Positions 1-10,992 of a stretch of DNA of 41,012 nt are shown in pieces (the first letter of the stretch is position 1; every line of letters begins with the position of its first letter). The notes under the pieces were generated by a model. The model did not search any database and was not told the DNA's origin. It was given only the letters and a program-made list of their open reading frames with translations. Origin of the DNA: Gammaproteobacteria bacterium (GTDB lineage Bacteria; Pseudomonadota; Gammaproteobacteria; S012-40); the NCBI GenBank assembly GCA_015491615.1, contig WFVN01000011.1:1-41012 (forward strand). Direction: 5' to 3'. The translations under genes were made by a program, and so were the position numbers.

Positions 1-1
1 C

Positions 2-895
<894 letters not shown>

Positions 896-897
896 GG

Positions 898-1878
898 ATG
901 GGCAAACGCCGCGCGCGGCGGGAGGCGGCCCCGCCCACCGATCTGCCGTCCGCCTTCCTCGCGCGCCTGGCGGCCATCGCCGGGGAGGACGCGGACGCCG
1001 TCCTCGACGCCTTGGAACGGCCGCGGGCGGTGGGGGTGCGCCGCAACCCTCTGGTCCCCGGGCCCGACCCCTGGGCGGCCCTGGCCGAGGCCGGCATTCC
1101 CACCCAGCCTCTGCCCTGGATGCGTGAGGCGGCGGTGATCCCTGCCGACCGACGCGCCGAGCTGAGCCGCCACGGGGCGGTCACCGACGGGCGCCTCTAC
1201 ATCCAGAATCCGGCCAGCATGTTGCCGCCCCTGGCCCTGGGCGTGCGCCCGGGGGAGCGGGTGCTGGACCTGTGCGCCGCCCCCGGCAGCAAGACCCTGC
1301 AACTGTGGGCGGACATGGCCGGTCAGGGGTGGTTGTCGGCGGTGGAGGCGGTGAGGGCCCGCTTCCACCGCCTGCGCGCCAACCTGGCCCGCCACGGGGG
1401 CGAGGGGGTGCACACCTACCTCAAGGACGGCGCCTCGGTGTGGCGGGCGGTGCCCGAGTCCTTCGACCGGGTGCTGGTGGACGCCCCTTGCTCCTCCGAG
1501 GGCCAGTTCCTGCGCCGCGAACCGGCCACCTTCGCCTACTGGAGCGAGCGCAAGGTGAAAGAGATGGCGCGCAAGCAGCGCCGCCTGCTGTATTCCGCCT
1601 TCCAGTGCCTCAAGCCCGGCGGCGTGCTCGTCTATTCCACCTGCACCCTGGCCCCGGAGGAGAACGAGGCGGTGGTGGCCTGGCTGCTGGCGCGCTTCCC
1701 CGGCGCCGTGCGCGTCACCGAAGTGGACCTGGGCGTGCCCCAGGCGCGGCCCGGTCTGTCCGCCTGGCGCAGGGAGGTTTTCCCCGCCGAGTTCGCCCAC
1801 GCGGTACGCATCTTGCCCGATGCGGTCATGGAAGGCTTCTTCCTCTGCCGCCTGGAGAAGACCGCCGGCACCGTGTGA
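898..1878 (+). CDS. RsmB/RsmF (NOL1/NOP2/Sun) family SAM-dependent RNA cytosine-C5 methyltransferase
   Basis: The ATG at 898 lies 3 nt after the thiC stop. Motifs VLDLCAAPGSKT (SAM binding), VDAPCSSEG and YSTCTLAPEENE (catalytic Cys motifs) are present. The upstream part of track ORF 100..1878 is an out-of-frame shadow of thiC. Confidence 0.85.
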   Translation: MGKRRARREAAPPTDLPSAFLARLAAIAGEDADAVLDALERPRAVGVRRNPLVPGPDPWAALAEAGIPTQPLPWMREAAVIPADRRAELSRHGAVTDGRLYIQNPASMLPPLALGVRPGERVLDLCAAPGSKTLQLWADMAGQGWLSAVEAVRARFHRLRANLARHGGEGVHTYLKDGASVWRAVPESFDRVLVDAPCSSEGQFLRREPATFAYWSERKVKEMARKQRRLLYSAFQCLKPGGVLVYSTCTLAPEENEAVVAWLLARFPGAVRVTEVDLGVPQARPGLSAWRREVFPAEFAHAVRILPDAVMEGFFLCRLEKTAGTV

Positions 1879-1931
1879 CAAGCCCGCCGGGGGTCTTTAT
1901 CATCCGCCCCTTTCTCGACGAGAACGCCGCC

Positions 1932-2249
1932 ATGCCCCAGACTTTGTTCCGCGTCATCTTCCACAACGCCGGCAAGATCTACGAACTCTACGCCGAGGGC
2001 GTGGGGGAGTCCGGCCTGTACGGCTTTGTGGAGGTGGAGGGGCTCCGTTTCGGCGAGCGCAGCGAACTGCTGGTGGACCCCGCCGAGGAACGTCTCAAGA
2101 GCGAATTCGAAGGGGTGGAACGCCTCTACCTGCCCATGCACGCCATCGTCCGCATCGACGAGGTGAACCGCGCCGGTCCAGCGCGCATCCACGAGGGCGG
2201 CGGCAAGATCACCCCCTTCCCGCCGGTGGGGCCGAAGCGGGGGGAGTGA
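1932..2249 (+). CDS. Small conserved protein, DUF1820-like
   Basis: A 105-aa product (MPQTLFRVIFHNAGKIYELYAEGV...) with balanced composition, unlike the Arg/Pro-rich upstream part of ORF 1272..2249. Its stop overlaps the next start (TGATG). Confidence 0.6.
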   Translation: MPQTLFRVIFHNAGKIYELYAEGVGESGLYGFVEVEGLRFGERSELLVDPAEERLKSEFEGVERLYLPMHAIVRIDEVNRAGPARIHEGGGKITPFPPVGPKRGE

Positions 2250-3088
2250 TGGCGTGGCGGCGGCGCAAGCGCCCCCTGGCGGTCTTGGCCGACCGCTACG
2301 CGTTGTACCAGGCGGCGGTGCAGAATCCGGAACTGGAGGTGGAGCTGTTCGAGCAGTTCTACCGCGAGGCCTACGGGCGCCGCGCCCGTCCCCTCACCCT
2401 GCGCGAGGACTTCTGCGGCACCGCCTACCTCTGTGCCACCTGGGCCGTCTCCCACCCCCGCCGCCGCGCCGTGGGCGTGGACCGGGACCCGGAGCCCCTG
2501 GCCTGGGGCGAGATCCACAATCTGGCCACCGCCGGCCCCTCGGTGCTGCGCCGCGTGCGCCTGATCCAGGGCGACGTGCGGACGGTGCGAACCGACCCCA
2601 CGCACATCGTCTGCGCCCTCAATTTTTCCTACTGCGCCCTGCGGCGCCGCCGGGACCTGCTGGACTACTTCCGCAACGCCCGTGCCGCCGTCGCCGCGCG
2701 TGGCCTGTTCGTTCTCGACGTGCTCGGCGGCACCGCCACCCTGGACGTGGCCGAGGACGTGCGCGACATCGACGGCCATCCGGCCATCTACATCTGGGAA
2801 CAGACCCGCTTCGACGTCCTCAGCCACCACCTGGAGGCGCACATCCACTTCGAATTTCTGGACGGCTCCAAGCTGGAGCGGGCCTTCAGCTACGACTGGC
2901 GCCTGTGGACCCTCCCCGAACTCACCGACCTCTTGCAGGAGGCGGGCTTCTCCGAGGTACGTTTCTACAACGAGGTCTTCGAGGAGGGGGACGACCCCGA
3001 GTACTTGAGCCCCACGGGCGAATACCGGCGCGTCACCGAGATGGAGAACCAGGAATCCTGGGTGGTCTATGGGGTGGCCCTGCCTTGA
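2249..3088 (+). CDS. Class I SAM-dependent methyltransferase
   Basis: The ATG at 2249 overlaps the preceding stop. The product has a Rossmann-type motif I region ([11 protein letters not shown]...AVGVDRD) and a post-I acidic residue. At 279 aa it has normal composition. Confidence 0.7.
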   Translation: MAWRRRKRPLAVLADRYALYQAAVQNPELEVELFEQFYREAYGRRARPLTLREDFCGTAYLCATWAVSHPRRRAVGVDRDPEPLAWGEIHNLATAGPSVLRRVRLIQGDVRTVRTDPTHIVCALNFSYCALRRRRDLLDYFRNARAAVAARGLFVLDVLGGTATLDVAEDVRDIDGHPAIYIWEQTRFDVLSHHLEAHIHFEFLDGSKLERAFSYDWRLWTLPELTDLLQEAGFSEVRFYNEVFEEGDDPEYLSPTGEYRRVTEMENQESWVVYGVALP

Positions 3089-3098
3089 GGAACGACCC

Positions 3099-3530
3099 AT
3101 GAGCGACGAGAAAGTCCACCTCAGCGACGAACAATGGCGCGCGCGCCTCACCCCGGAGCAGTACGCCGTCTGCCGCCGCGGCGGCACCGAGCCCCCCTTC
3201 ACCGGCGCCCTCCTCAATGAAAAGCGCCCCGGCACCTACCACTGCGTGTGCTGCGGCGCGCCCCTGTTCGCCAGCGAGGCCAAGTTCGATTCCGGTTCCG
3301 GCTGGCCCAGCTTCAACGCCCCGGTGAGCGAGACGGCCCTGGTCACCGCCCTGGACCTCTCCCACGGCATGCGCCGCCAGGAGATCCGTTGCGCCCGTTG
3401 CGACGCCCACCTGGGGCATGTCTTCCCCGACGGCCCACCGCCCACCGGCCTGCGTTTCTGCGTCAACTCGGTGTGCCTGGACTTCCGCCCCGCCTCAGAG
3501 GAAGTCGGTGAGCAGGGGGGTGCCCCGTGA
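3099..3530 (+). CDS. msrB: Peptide-methionine (R)-S-oxide reductase
   Basis: Two zinc CxxC pairs ([22 protein letters not shown]), the GWPSF motif, and the catalytic Cys context RFCVNS. Confidence 0.9.
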   Translation: MSDEKVHLSDEQWRARLTPEQYAVCRRGGTEPPFTGALLNEKRPGTYHCVCCGAPLFASEAKFDSGSGWPSFNAPVSETALVTALDLSHGMRRQEIRCARCDAHLGHVFPDGPPPTGLRFCVNSVCLDFRPASEEVGEQGGAP

Positions 3531-3929
3531 ACGCCGCAGGGGATACTTGCACTGCTCGGGGTGGGCCCGCGACCAGGCCTCGGCCAGGCCCATGAAGACC
3601 GGTTCGCGGGTGTTCATGTAGAACAGGGCCTGGGCCCAGTGGGTCACCTCGGGCACCCCGTTCTCCTCCACCACCACCGCCTTGAAAGCGGCCAGGACGA
3701 TGCGCGCCTGATCGCGGGAGGGGAGCGTCTGGATGCGCGCCCAGGCCTCGGGGAAGAAATAGTTGGCCACCAGGTCGGGGCGCATGAGGAGCAGCATGCG
3801 CACCGCCCGCTTGAGGGCGGCGTCGGTCTCCGCCCAGTCGCTCACCACCGGCGAGTCGAGCAGGTTGCGGATCTCCAGGCGCCCCTTGGCGTTGATGAGG
3901 TCGGAGACGGCCACGGTGTCCTCCATCAC
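3495..3929 (-). CDS. Hypothetical protein (no family recognised)
   Basis: A 144-aa ORF with non-biased composition, unlike the surrounding shadow ORFs. It is convergent with msrB and overlaps it by 36 nt. I recognised no motif. Confidence 0.5.
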   Translation of the reverse strand: MMEDTVAVSDLINAKGRLEIRNLLDSPVVSDWAETDAALKRAVRMLLLMRPDLVANYFFPEAWARIQTLPSRDQARIVLAAFKAVVVEENGVPEVTHWAQALFYMNTREPVFMGLAEAWSRAHPEQCKYPLRRSRGTPLLTDFL

Positions 3930-3976
3930 GGTTCCCGGTTGTTAAACTGACCCCTTGCGACGAGGATGACAAGACC

Positions 3977-4618
3977 ATGAGCGAGACCTTCGAGGCGGGC
4001 CTGTCCGCCTACCAGGCCGGGGACGTGGGCGAGGCGGTACGCCTGTGGGAGGCGGCCGCCCGCGACGGCGACGTGCGCGCCCAGTACAACCTGGCGGTGC
4101 TCCTGGACGAGGGGCGGGTGGTGGTGCGCGATACCGAGGCGGCCGCCTTCTGGTACGCCCAGGCGGCGCGCGGCGGCTATCCGCCGGCGCAGTTCAACCT
4201 GGCCCTCATGTTCCTCCAGGGGGAAGGGGTGCCCGCCGACCCCCACCAGGCACGCCTGCTGTTCCAACTGGCCGCCGCCCAGGGCCACCCGGAGGCTTGC
4301 TTCAACCTCGGACAGATGTTCGCCGAGGGCGAGGCCGGCCTGCCCCAGGACTACGCCCAGGCCGCCGCCTGGTACGAGCGGGCGGCGCGCGGCGGAGTGG
4401 CGGAGGCGGCCAACAACCTGGCCATCCGCTACGCCATGGGCCAGGGGGTGGCGCGCGACGACGCGGTCGCCTACCGCTGGTTCTCCATCGCCGCCGCCCT
4501 CGGCGACCCCCTCGCCCCCCGCCACCGCGACCGGGTGGCCCAGGAGCTGGATCCGGAGGCGGTGGTGGCGGCCGGCCGGGCGGCCAAGCGCTGGCTGGAG
4601 GAACACGGCCTGCCATGA
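3977..4618 (+). CDS. Sel1-repeat (TPR-like) protein
   Basis: Five consecutive ~36-aa repeats of the Sel1 pattern (A.YNLA.....G.GV..D...A..WY..AA..G...A). Confidence 0.85.
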   Translation: MSETFEAGLSAYQAGDVGEAVRLWEAAARDGDVRAQYNLAVLLDEGRVVVRDTEAAAFWYAQAARGGYPPAQFNLALMFLQGEGVPADPHQARLLFQLAAAQGHPEACFNLGQMFAEGEAGLPQDYAQAAAWYERAARGGVAEAANNLAIRYAMGQGVARDDAVAYRWFSIAAALGDPLAPRHRDRVAQELDPEAVVAAGRAAKRWLEEHGLP

Positions 4619-4785
4619 GGATGAACCGGGTCATCGTCCTGCTCATCCTGGTGGCGGCAGTCCTCGCCTGGCTGGGCTGGCGCCTGCGCGGCGACCACCC
4701 CTACCTGGCCACCGTCCTACTGACCGTGTCCGCTGTCCTCTCGCTGCTCATCCTCGGCGGCATGACCGGCCTCATCGGCGGTTGA
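4615..4785 (+). CDS. Small membrane protein (56 aa, two hydrophobic helices)
   Basis: The ATG at 4615 overlaps the Sel1 gene stop (ATGA). The product MRMNRVIVLLILVAAVLAWLGW...LLTVSAVLSLLILGGMTGLIGG is hydrophobic. It overlaps the 3' tail of the convergent HAD gene by 69 nt, so one of the two ends may be over-called. Confidence 0.45.
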   Translation: MRMNRVIVLLILVAAVLAWLGWRLRGDHPYLATVLLTVSAVLSLLILGGMTGLIGG

Positions 4786-5454
4786 GCCGACCTTGGGCAG
4801 GGCCAGGTGGCGGAAGTCGGCAATGGCCGGATAGCGCAGCCGGCGCCGCGCCGCCCGTCGCGATGAGGGGCGCCGCAGGGTGAGCAGGTGGGCGATGCCG
4901 TAGCGGCGTGCCGAGTCCAACACCGCCTCGCTGTCGTCGATGAGGAGGGCGCGTTTCGGATCGAAGGGGACTACCCGGCGCAGGCGCTCCCACAGACGCG
5001 GGTCCTCCTTCGGTCGGCCCAGGTCGTGGCTGGTGACGATGTGGTCCAGGTGGCGGGCGAGGGGCACCCGCGCCAGTTTCAGGTCCAGGGCCGCCCAGTG
5101 GGCGTTGGTCACCAGCACCCGCCGTTTGCCCGCCCGCCCGAGGGTCTCGAGGAAGGGGATCACCCCCGGATGGGCCCGGATCAAATGCGCCACCTCGGCC
5201 TTCAGGAGATCCACCGCCAAACCCAGTTCCCGCGACCAGTAGTCCAGGCAGTACCAGTCGAGGGTCCCCTCCGCTTCTCGGTAGCGGGCCAGGAGTGTTT
5301 TCCGTGCCGCTTCCTCGGGAAGGCCGTGGCGCTCGGCGTAGCGGCGCGGCAGATGCACCTGCCAGAAGTGGTCGTCGAAGTGGAGGTCCAGGAGGGTGCC
5401 GTCCATGTCCAGAAGGACGGTGTCGATGTGCGACCAGGGCAGGGCGACGGTCAT
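4717..5454 (-). CDS. HAD-superfamily hydrolase (YrfG-like nucleotidase type)
   Basis: HAD motif I LLDMDGTLLD, motif II LVTNA, and motif III/IV K....LLIDDS. I chose the start at MTVALPW (5454); the track ORF extends to 5490. Confidence 0.8.
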   Translation of the reverse strand: MTVALPWSHIDTVLLDMDGTLLDLHFDDHFWQVHLPRRYAERHGLPEEAARKTLLARYREAEGTLDWYCLDYWSRELGLAVDLLKAEVAHLIRAHPGVIPFLETLGRAGKRRVLVTNAHWAALDLKLARVPLARHLDHIVTSHDLGRPKEDPRLWERLRRVVPFDPKRALLIDDSEAVLDSARRYGIAHLLTLRRPSSRRAARRRLRYPAIADFRHLALPKVGSTADEAGHAAEDEQREDSGHGQ

Positions 5455-5498
5455 GGCGGCGATCATAACGGCTATAATCCCCACGGCCAACGAGGAGC

Positions 5499-6305
5499 GT
5501 GATGGAAGACGAGCTGGAGATCCCGGCGGTGCTCAGCTTCGCCGGGTTGGACCCCACCGGCGGTGCCGGCCTGCAGGCGGACATCGAGGCCCTGGCCAGC
5601 ATGGGCGCGCACGGCTGCCCGGTGGCCACCGCCCTCACCGTGCAGGACACGCGCACCGTGCAGCGAGTCATGCCGGTGCCGCTGACGGACATCGTCGAGC
5701 AGGCGCGGGCGGTGCTGGAGGACATCCCGGTGGCGGCGGTGAAGGTGGGCCTGCTGGGCTCGGTGGGCGCCGCCGAGGCGGTCCACTCCATCCTCTCCGA
5801 CTATCCCGACCTGCCGGTGGTGGTGGATCCGGTGCTCGCCTCCGGCGACGGCACGCCCCTGGCCGACGCCGAACTGGTGGAAGCCCTGCGGGTGCTCGTC
5901 TTGCCCCTGGCCACGGTGGCCACCCCCAACGGCCTGGAGGCGCGCCGCCTGGCGCCGGAGGCGGACAGCCTGGAGGCTTGCGCCCAGGAGATCCTGGATC
6001 TGGGGGCGCGCTTCGTCCTCGTCACCGGCGCCCACGAGCCGGGAGAGGCGGTGAACAACGTCCTCTACGGCAACCACCGCCGCCTGGAACGCTACGACTG
6101 GGCGCGCCTGCCCCACGACTACCACGGCTCCGGTTGCACCTTGTCGGCCGCCATCGCCGGCCTGCTGGCCCACGGTCTGGAACCCTACAGCGCCATCGCC
6201 GAGGCCCAGGAGTACACCTGGGAGGCCCTGCGCCACGGCACCCGCCCCGGTCTGGGTCAGTACCTGCCCAACCGCTTCTTCTGGGTACACGAGGAGGAAG
6301 CGTGA
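5499..6305 (+). CDS. thiD: Hydroxymethylpyrimidine/phosphomethylpyrimidine kinase
   Basis: Matches the ThiD pattern: GLDPTGGAGLQADI, VKVGLLGS, VVDPVL, TPNGLEA and HGSGCTLSAAIA. Confidence 0.92.
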   Translation: MMEDELEIPAVLSFAGLDPTGGAGLQADIEALASMGAHGCPVATALTVQDTRTVQRVMPVPLTDIVEQARAVLEDIPVAAVKVGLLGSVGAAEAVHSILSDYPDLPVVVDPVLASGDGTPLADAELVEALRVLVLPLATVATPNGLEARRLAPEADSLEACAQEILDLGARFVLVTGAHEPGEAVNNVLYGNHRRLERYDWARLPHDYHGSGCTLSAAIAGLLAHGLEPYSAIAEAQEYTWEALRHGTRPGLGQYLPNRFFWVHEEEA

Positions 6306-6925
6306 GTCGCATCCAGGGGCTCTACGCGGTTACCCGCACCCCCGCCGTCGAACTTTCCCGCCTGCTGGCGGAGGTGAAAGCAACCCTCGCGGGGGGGGCG
6401 CGCGTGGTGCAGTTGCGCGACAAGATCAGCGACACCGGCGCGCGCCTGGAGGCGGCCCTGTGCCTGAATGCCCTGTGCCGGGCGCACGGGGCGGTGTTCC
6501 TGGTCAACGACGACGTGGCCGTGGCCCAGGCCGCCGGCGCCCATGGCGTCCATCTGGGACGGGAGGACACCGCCATCGAGGCCGCCCGCGCCCGCCTGGG
6601 GGCCGCCGCCATCATCGGCGCCTCCTGCTATAATCGCCTCGACTTGGCCCGGCGGGCGGTGCTGCGGGGGGCCGACTACGTGGCCTTCGGGCGCTTCTTT
6701 CCCTCCCGCACCAAGCCCGAGGCGGTGCTCGCGGGCGTCGACCTGCTGCGCCGCGCCCGCCGCGAGCTGAAGGTGCCCCTGGTGGCCATTGGCGGCATCA
6801 CGGTGGACAACGGCGGCGCCCTGGTGGCCGCCGGCGCCCATGCCCTGGCGGTGGTGGGCGGCCTGTTCGACGCCGACGACATCACCGAACGGGCGCGCCG
6901 ATTCACCGAGCTGTTTCCCCGCTGA
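6302..6925 (+). CDS. thiE: Thiamine-phosphate synthase
   Basis: The GTG at 6302 overlaps the thiD stop (GTGA). ThiE motifs present: [34 protein letters not shown] and PLVAIGGI. Confidence 0.9.
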   Translation: MSRIQGLYAVTRTPAVELSRLLAEVKATLAGGARVVQLRDKISDTGARLEAALCLNALCRAHGAVFLVNDDVAVAQAAGAHGVHLGREDTAIEAARARLGAAAIIGASCYNRLDLARRAVLRGADYVAFGRFFPSRTKPEAVLAGVDLLRRARRELKVPLVAIGGITVDNGGALVAAGAHALAVVGGLFDADDITERARRFTELFPR

Positions 6926-6947
6926 ATTCAAATCGCAAGGACCGACC

Positions 6948-8228
6948 ATGACCCGTTCCCACGAACTCTTCCAGCGAGCCCAACGGCACATCCCCGGCGG
7001 CGTCAATTCCCCCGTGCGCGCCTTCCGCGGCGTCGGCGGCGAGCCGGTGTTCCTCAAGCGTGGCCAGGGGGCCTATGTCTGGGACGAAGACGACAATCGC
7101 TACATCGACTACGTGGGCTCCTGGGGGCCGATGATCGTCGGCCACGCCCACCCGCAGGTGCTGGAACGGGTGCGTGCGGTGATGGAGAACGGCCTCGGTT
7201 TCGGCGCCCCCACTGCCATCGAGGTGGAGATGGCCGACACGGTGGCCGAACTGGTGCCGTCCATGGAGATGGTGCGCATGGTCAACTCCGGCACCGAGGC
7301 GACCATGAGCGCCATCCGCCTGGCGCGCGGCTTCACCGGTCGCGACAAGATCGTCAAATTCGAGGGCTGCTACCACGGCCACGCCGACTCCCTGCTGGTG
7401 AAGGCCGGCTCCGGGGCGCTGACCCTGGGCGTACCCACCTCCCCCGGCGTGCCCGCGTCGCTGGCCGAGCACACCCTCACCCTCACCTACAACGACCTGG
7501 ACCAGGTGCGCGACACCTTCGCCCGCTTCGGCGGCCAGATCGCCTGCATCATCGTCGAGCCGGTGGCCGGCAACATGAACTGCGTGCCGCCGGTGCCCGG
7601 TTTTCTGGAGGGCCTGCGTGAGGTGTGCGACCAGTACGGCGCGGTGCTCATCTTCGACGAGGTGATGACCGGCTTCCGTGTCGCCCTGGGGGGCGCCCAG
7701 GCCCGTTACGGCGTGACCCCGGACCTCACCACCCTGGGCAAGGTCATCGGCGGGGGCCTGCCGGTGGGCGCCTTCGGCGGCCGACGCGAGATCATGGAAC
7801 AGCTCGCCCCCCTGGGGCCGGTCTATCAGGCGGGCACCTTGTCCGGCAATCCGGTTTCCATGGCCGCCGGCCTGGCCACCCTGGAACTGATCCAGGCGCC
7901 CGGTTTCCACGACCACTTGGAGGCCACCGCCCGCACCCTGTGCGAGGGCCTGGAGGCGCGCGCCGCCGCCGCCGGCATCTCCCTCACCACCCACGTGGTG
8001 GGTGGCATGTTCGGCATCTTCTTCACCGAGGAGAAGGAGATCCGTGACTTCTACCAAGTGACCAACTGCGACGTGGACCGATTCAAGCTGTTCTTCCACG
8101 GCATGTTGGAGCGCGGCGTCTATCTCGCTCCTTCCGCTTTCGAGGCTGCCTTCGTCTCCAGCGCCCATGGTGAGAACGAGGTGAAGGCCACCCTCGAAGC
8201 CGCCGAGCAGGTGCTGGCCACCCTCTGA
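6948..8228 (+). CDS. hemL: Glutamate-1-semialdehyde 2,1-aminomutase
   Basis: The N-terminus reads [49 protein letters not shown] and the PLP-lysine context [17 protein letters not shown] are present. The ATG at 6948 is in frame within track ORF 6789..8228. Confidence 0.95.
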   Translation: MTRSHELFQRAQRHIPGGVNSPVRAFRGVGGEPVFLKRGQGAYVWDEDDNRYIDYVGSWGPMIVGHAHPQVLERVRAVMENGLGFGAPTAIEVEMADTVAELVPSMEMVRMVNSGTEATMSAIRLARGFTGRDKIVKFEGCYHGHADSLLVKAGSGALTLGVPTSPGVPASLAEHTLTLTYNDLDQVRDTFARFGGQIACIIVEPVAGNMNCVPPVPGFLEGLREVCDQYGAVLIFDEVMTGFRVALGGAQARYGVTPDLTTLGKVIGGGLPVGAFGGRREIMEQLAPLGPVYQAGTLSGNPVSMAAGLATLELIQAPGFHDHLEATARTLCEGLEARAAAAGISLTTHVVGGMFGIFFTEEKEIRDFYQVTNCDVDRFKLFFHGMLERGVYLAPSAFEAAFVSSAHGENEVKATLEAAEQVLATL

Positions 8229-8249
8229 CCGCCTCCCGACCGGCGGTCC

Positions 8250-10190
8250 ATGGAGTCTCTCCTCCACTCCCTTCTGGCCTGGGTGGATGCGAATCCGGCC
8301 TGGGCGGGCGTAGTCGTGTTTCTGGTCGCCCTGTCCGAATCCCTGGTGGTGGTCGGCCTGGTGGTGCCGGGCACGGTGCTCATGTTCGGTATCGGCGTCT
8401 TGGTGGGCAGCGGCAACCTAGGGCTGTGGGAGACTCTGGTTTGGGCCTTCGCAGGGGCGGTGGTCGGGGATGGTCTGAGCTTTTGGCTGGGTCGTCATTT
8501 CCGTGACCACATCCGTAACTGGTGGCCCTTCCGCGCCCACCCCCAAATGCTCGTTCGGGGAGAGGCCTTCTTTCTGCGCCACGGGGGAAAAAGCGTGCTC
8601 ATTGGCCGTTTCGTAGGGCCGGTGCGACCCGTCATCCCTGCGGTGGCAGGCATGATGGGAATGGCACCGGGCAAGTTCCTGGTCGTCAACCTGGTCTCCG
8701 CCCTCCTCTGGGCACCCGCCTATCTCCTCCCGGGCATCGCTTTCGGCACCTCCCTTGCCCTCGCCTCGCAGGTGGCCACGCGGCTGGCCCTGTTCATCGT
8801 TCTGGTGGTGGGCGGAACCTGGTTCGCCCTGTGGTTGGTGGGGCGCTCGTATCGGTGGGCATTACCACGTGCCGGCCGCCTGCTGCAAGGTGTGGTTCGC
8901 CTACTGGCTCGTCACCCGCGGCTCGCGCCCCTGTTGCGGGCCTTGACCGACCCCAAGGCCCCCGTTGCCGGCGCTCTGATGCAATGGGCGGGCATTCTCG
9001 TCCTTTCCTTGATCGCCCTTGCCCTCCTGCCGCGCGGGCTCGGAGGGTTGGACCAGCATTGGGCTCGTTTCATGGACGCCATCGCCACCCCCTGGGGGGA
9101 TCGTTGGATGGGCCATGTGGCGGCCTTGGGGGAGATGCCCGTCCTCCTCGCGGTAGCGGTGGCCGGGGCCTTGTGGTGGTGGCGGCGTGGGGAACGAGCG
9201 GCTCTGCGCCACTGGTTGGCGGGGTTGGCGTTGATTCCCCTGATCGTTTTCCTGGACGCTGCCGTCGACCGTCCCTTGGTGAGCGTCGCCACTCTGGGAG
9301 TGATGGTGGAATGGGGACTGTTGACCCTGTTCTCGGCACCCGGAGCTGGAGCGCGAGGAAGACGCGTTCTCTACACCCTGTGGGCTTTGGTGGTGGTGGC
9401 CGTGGCGGCGGCGCACCTCTATCTGGGGGTGGCGACGCCGGGGCCCGTCCTCGCTGGAATTTTGGTGGGGTTGGGCTGGGTGGCGGTGGTGGGTATCGTT
9501 CATCGTTTACGGCGTCCGGGGAAGGTGTCCGTGGAAGGGGTGGCTCTAGTCTTCGTGGTGGCTCTACTCGCCGCCCTTCCTGTGACCGTGTCCCCCCAGC
9601 GACCCACGCCCACCGCTCTCATGGTGACGGTGGAAGACTGGTGGCAGCGGTTGTGGCAGAGCTTACCTGCCTACCGAGTGGATCTGGGGGGGGAGTCGGA
9701 GCAGCCTTTCACCATACAATGGGGGGGGACCCTGGAAGGACTGGAGGAACGGCTACGGCAACACGGATGGGCGCGTCCGGCGCCCCTTTCTTGGCGACGG
9801 TTGCTGAATAGTTTTCAGGGACATCCACCAATGACGGCGTTGCCCGTTCTGCCCCAGCTTCACGAAGGTCGTCCCGAGGCCCTGATTCTCGTCTGGTACG
9901 AACCTAGCGAAAGGGACGACAGCCGCTGGGTTCTGCGCTTGTGGGAAAGCCCTCTCGCCCTGCCCGGGAATGGACGGGTTTGGCAGGGTTACGTGGCCCG
10001 CCAGCGACGCTTCCAACCCTGGGATTTCGTCGCCATCGCCCGTACCGAACCGTCCTATGACCATGCGCGCGATCTCCTTGCCGAGCAGTTGTCGGCCAAA
10101 GAGAAAAGGGTCTTCCGACAAGAATTGGCACTTCCTACCGGCTGGGACGGGAGGGTGCTCCTCGCCCACCCTGGAGAGGCGATGCAGTAG
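8250..10190 (+). CDS. DedA-family membrane protein fused to a degenerate PAP2-like membrane domain and an LssY-like soluble C-terminal domain
   Basis: The N-terminal ~190 aa match DedA (ESLVVVGLVVPG, GRFVGPVRPVIPAVAGM). The central TM region has PAP2-like spacing but altered motifs (see findings). The soluble C-terminus is ~190 aa. Confidence 0.75.
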   Translation: MESLLHSLLAWVDANPAWAGVVVFLVALSESLVVVGLVVPGTVLMFGIGVLVGSGNLGLWETLVWAFAGAVVGDGLSFWLGRHFRDHIRNWWPFRAHPQMLVRGEAFFLRHGGKSVLIGRFVGPVRPVIPAVAGMMGMAPGKFLVVNLVSALLWAPAYLLPGIAFGTSLALASQVATRLALFIVLVVGGTWFALWLVGRSYRWALPRAGRLLQGVVRLLARHPRLAPLLRALTDPKAPVAGALMQWAGILVLSLIALALLPRGLGGLDQHWARFMDAIATPWGDRWMGHVAALGEMPVLLAVAVAGALWWWRRGERAALRHWLAGLALIPLIVFLDAAVDRPLVSVATLGVMVEWGLLTLFSAPGAGARGRRVLYTLWALVVVAVAAAHLYLGVATPGPVLAGILVGLGWVAVVGIVHRLRRPGKVSVEGVALVFVVALLAALPVTVSPQRPTPTALMVTVEDWWQRLWQSLPAYRVDLGGESEQPFTIQWGGTLEGLEERLRQHGWARPAPLSWRRLLNSFQGHPPMTALPVLPQLHEGRPEALILVWYEPSERDDSRWVLRLWESPLALPGNGRVWQGYVARQRRFQPWDFVAIARTEPSYDHARDLLAEQLSAKEKRVFRQELALPTGWDGRVLLAHPGEAMQ

Positions 10191-10546
10191 TGAACAAGAA
10201 TCGACCCTTCCGTTACCGTTTGGGGTATGCCGTGGCGGGTCTGCGAGCCGCTTGGCGCCATGAACGCAGCTTCCGTACCCAATCGACGTTTGCCCTAGGG
10301 GCCTTGGTGTTTCTGCTCATACTCCGTCCTGCGCCGATCTGGTGGGCGCTCATCGGCGTCATGGTGGGTTTGGTGTTGGCGGCGGAGCTGATCAATACTG
10401 CGCTCGAACACCTCGCTGATCACCTTCATCCGGAACATCACCCTCGAATCGGTCTGGCCAAGGACTGTGCCGCCGGAGCCGTCCTTATCCTCTCTGCCGT
10501 CGCGATCTGGGTGGCCCTCATGGCCTTGTGGTCGGAGTGGAGATGA
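10190..10546 (+). CDS. dgkA: Diacylglycerol kinase (prokaryotic DgkA family)
   Basis: The GTG at 10190 overlaps the preceding TAG by 1 nt. The product is a 118-aa three-TM protein with AAELINTALEHLAD and AKDCAAGAVL motifs typical of DgkA. Confidence 0.85.
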   Translation: MNKNRPFRYRLGYAVAGLRAAWRHERSFRTQSTFALGALVFLLILRPAPIWWALIGVMVGLVLAAELINTALEHLADHLHPEHHPRIGLAKDCAAGAVLILSAVAIWVALMALWSEWR

Positions 10547-10552
10547 CAGTCC

Positions 10553-10951
10553 TCAGGCACAATCACGAAAAGCCGAGGTCGCTGTCGAATCACCGTTCGC
10601 ATTGACCTCTGGACCCATCTCCCCCATGAGCAGGTGAGCATTGCAGACGGCCCCACCGTGGATGGCGAGATGAGGAGAACGGACGAGACCGTTCACCCGC
10701 GCGCCCGCTGCCAAGGTGACCGATTCGTCGGCGTGAATTTCTCCTTCCACCCGGCCCTCTACCCACACCTGTCGAGCGCGGATGCGGCCCCGCCAATGAC
10801 CTCCGGCCCGGATGGTGACCACATCGCTGCATATCCCCACCCCCTCCATGCGTCCCGCCACGCATACTGGTTCGCCGGTTTCCAGCCGGCCCACCAAACG
10901 GGTTCCTTTATGGATCATGATCATATTCGTCCTCCCCACATTCCGAGTCAT
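10553..10951 (-). CDS. Bactofilin-family (DUF583) polymer-forming protein
   Basis: A repetitive beta-helix pattern (V.I.AGG...G.I.A..V.V.G.VEG.I.A...V.L..GA.V.G) runs through most of the ORF. Alternative starts exist at 10924 and 10918 (MIMIHKG). Confidence 0.65.
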   Translation of the reverse strand: MTRNVGRTNMIMIHKGTRLVGRLETGEPVCVAGRMEGVGICSDVVTIRAGGHWRGRIRARQVWVEGRVEGEIHADESVTLAAGARVNGLVRSPHLAIHGGAVCNAHLLMGEMGPEVNANGDSTATSAFRDCA

Positions 10952-10992
10952 GCACTCGGATAAAGGAAGTCTAGCAGGCCTAGGTGGCAGAG

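Noticed and set aside
4615-5454. The 69-nt convergent overlap between the 56-aa membrane ORF (4615..4785) and the 3' tail of the HAD hydrolase (4717..5454), considered as a possible sign of a frameshift or pseudogene.
   Set aside because: The HAD motifs are all intact upstream of the overlap. The long Arg/Ala/Glu-rich tail may simply be a read-through into a late stop in GC-rich DNA. There is no evidence of disruption, only uncertainty about which ORF end is real.
5455-5498. A TPP riboswitch upstream of thiD-thiE.
   Set aside because: The divergent spacer between the HAD gene start (5454) and the thiD start (5499) is only about 44 nt, far too short for a THI-box aptamer. Any thiC riboswitch would lie upstream of the window.
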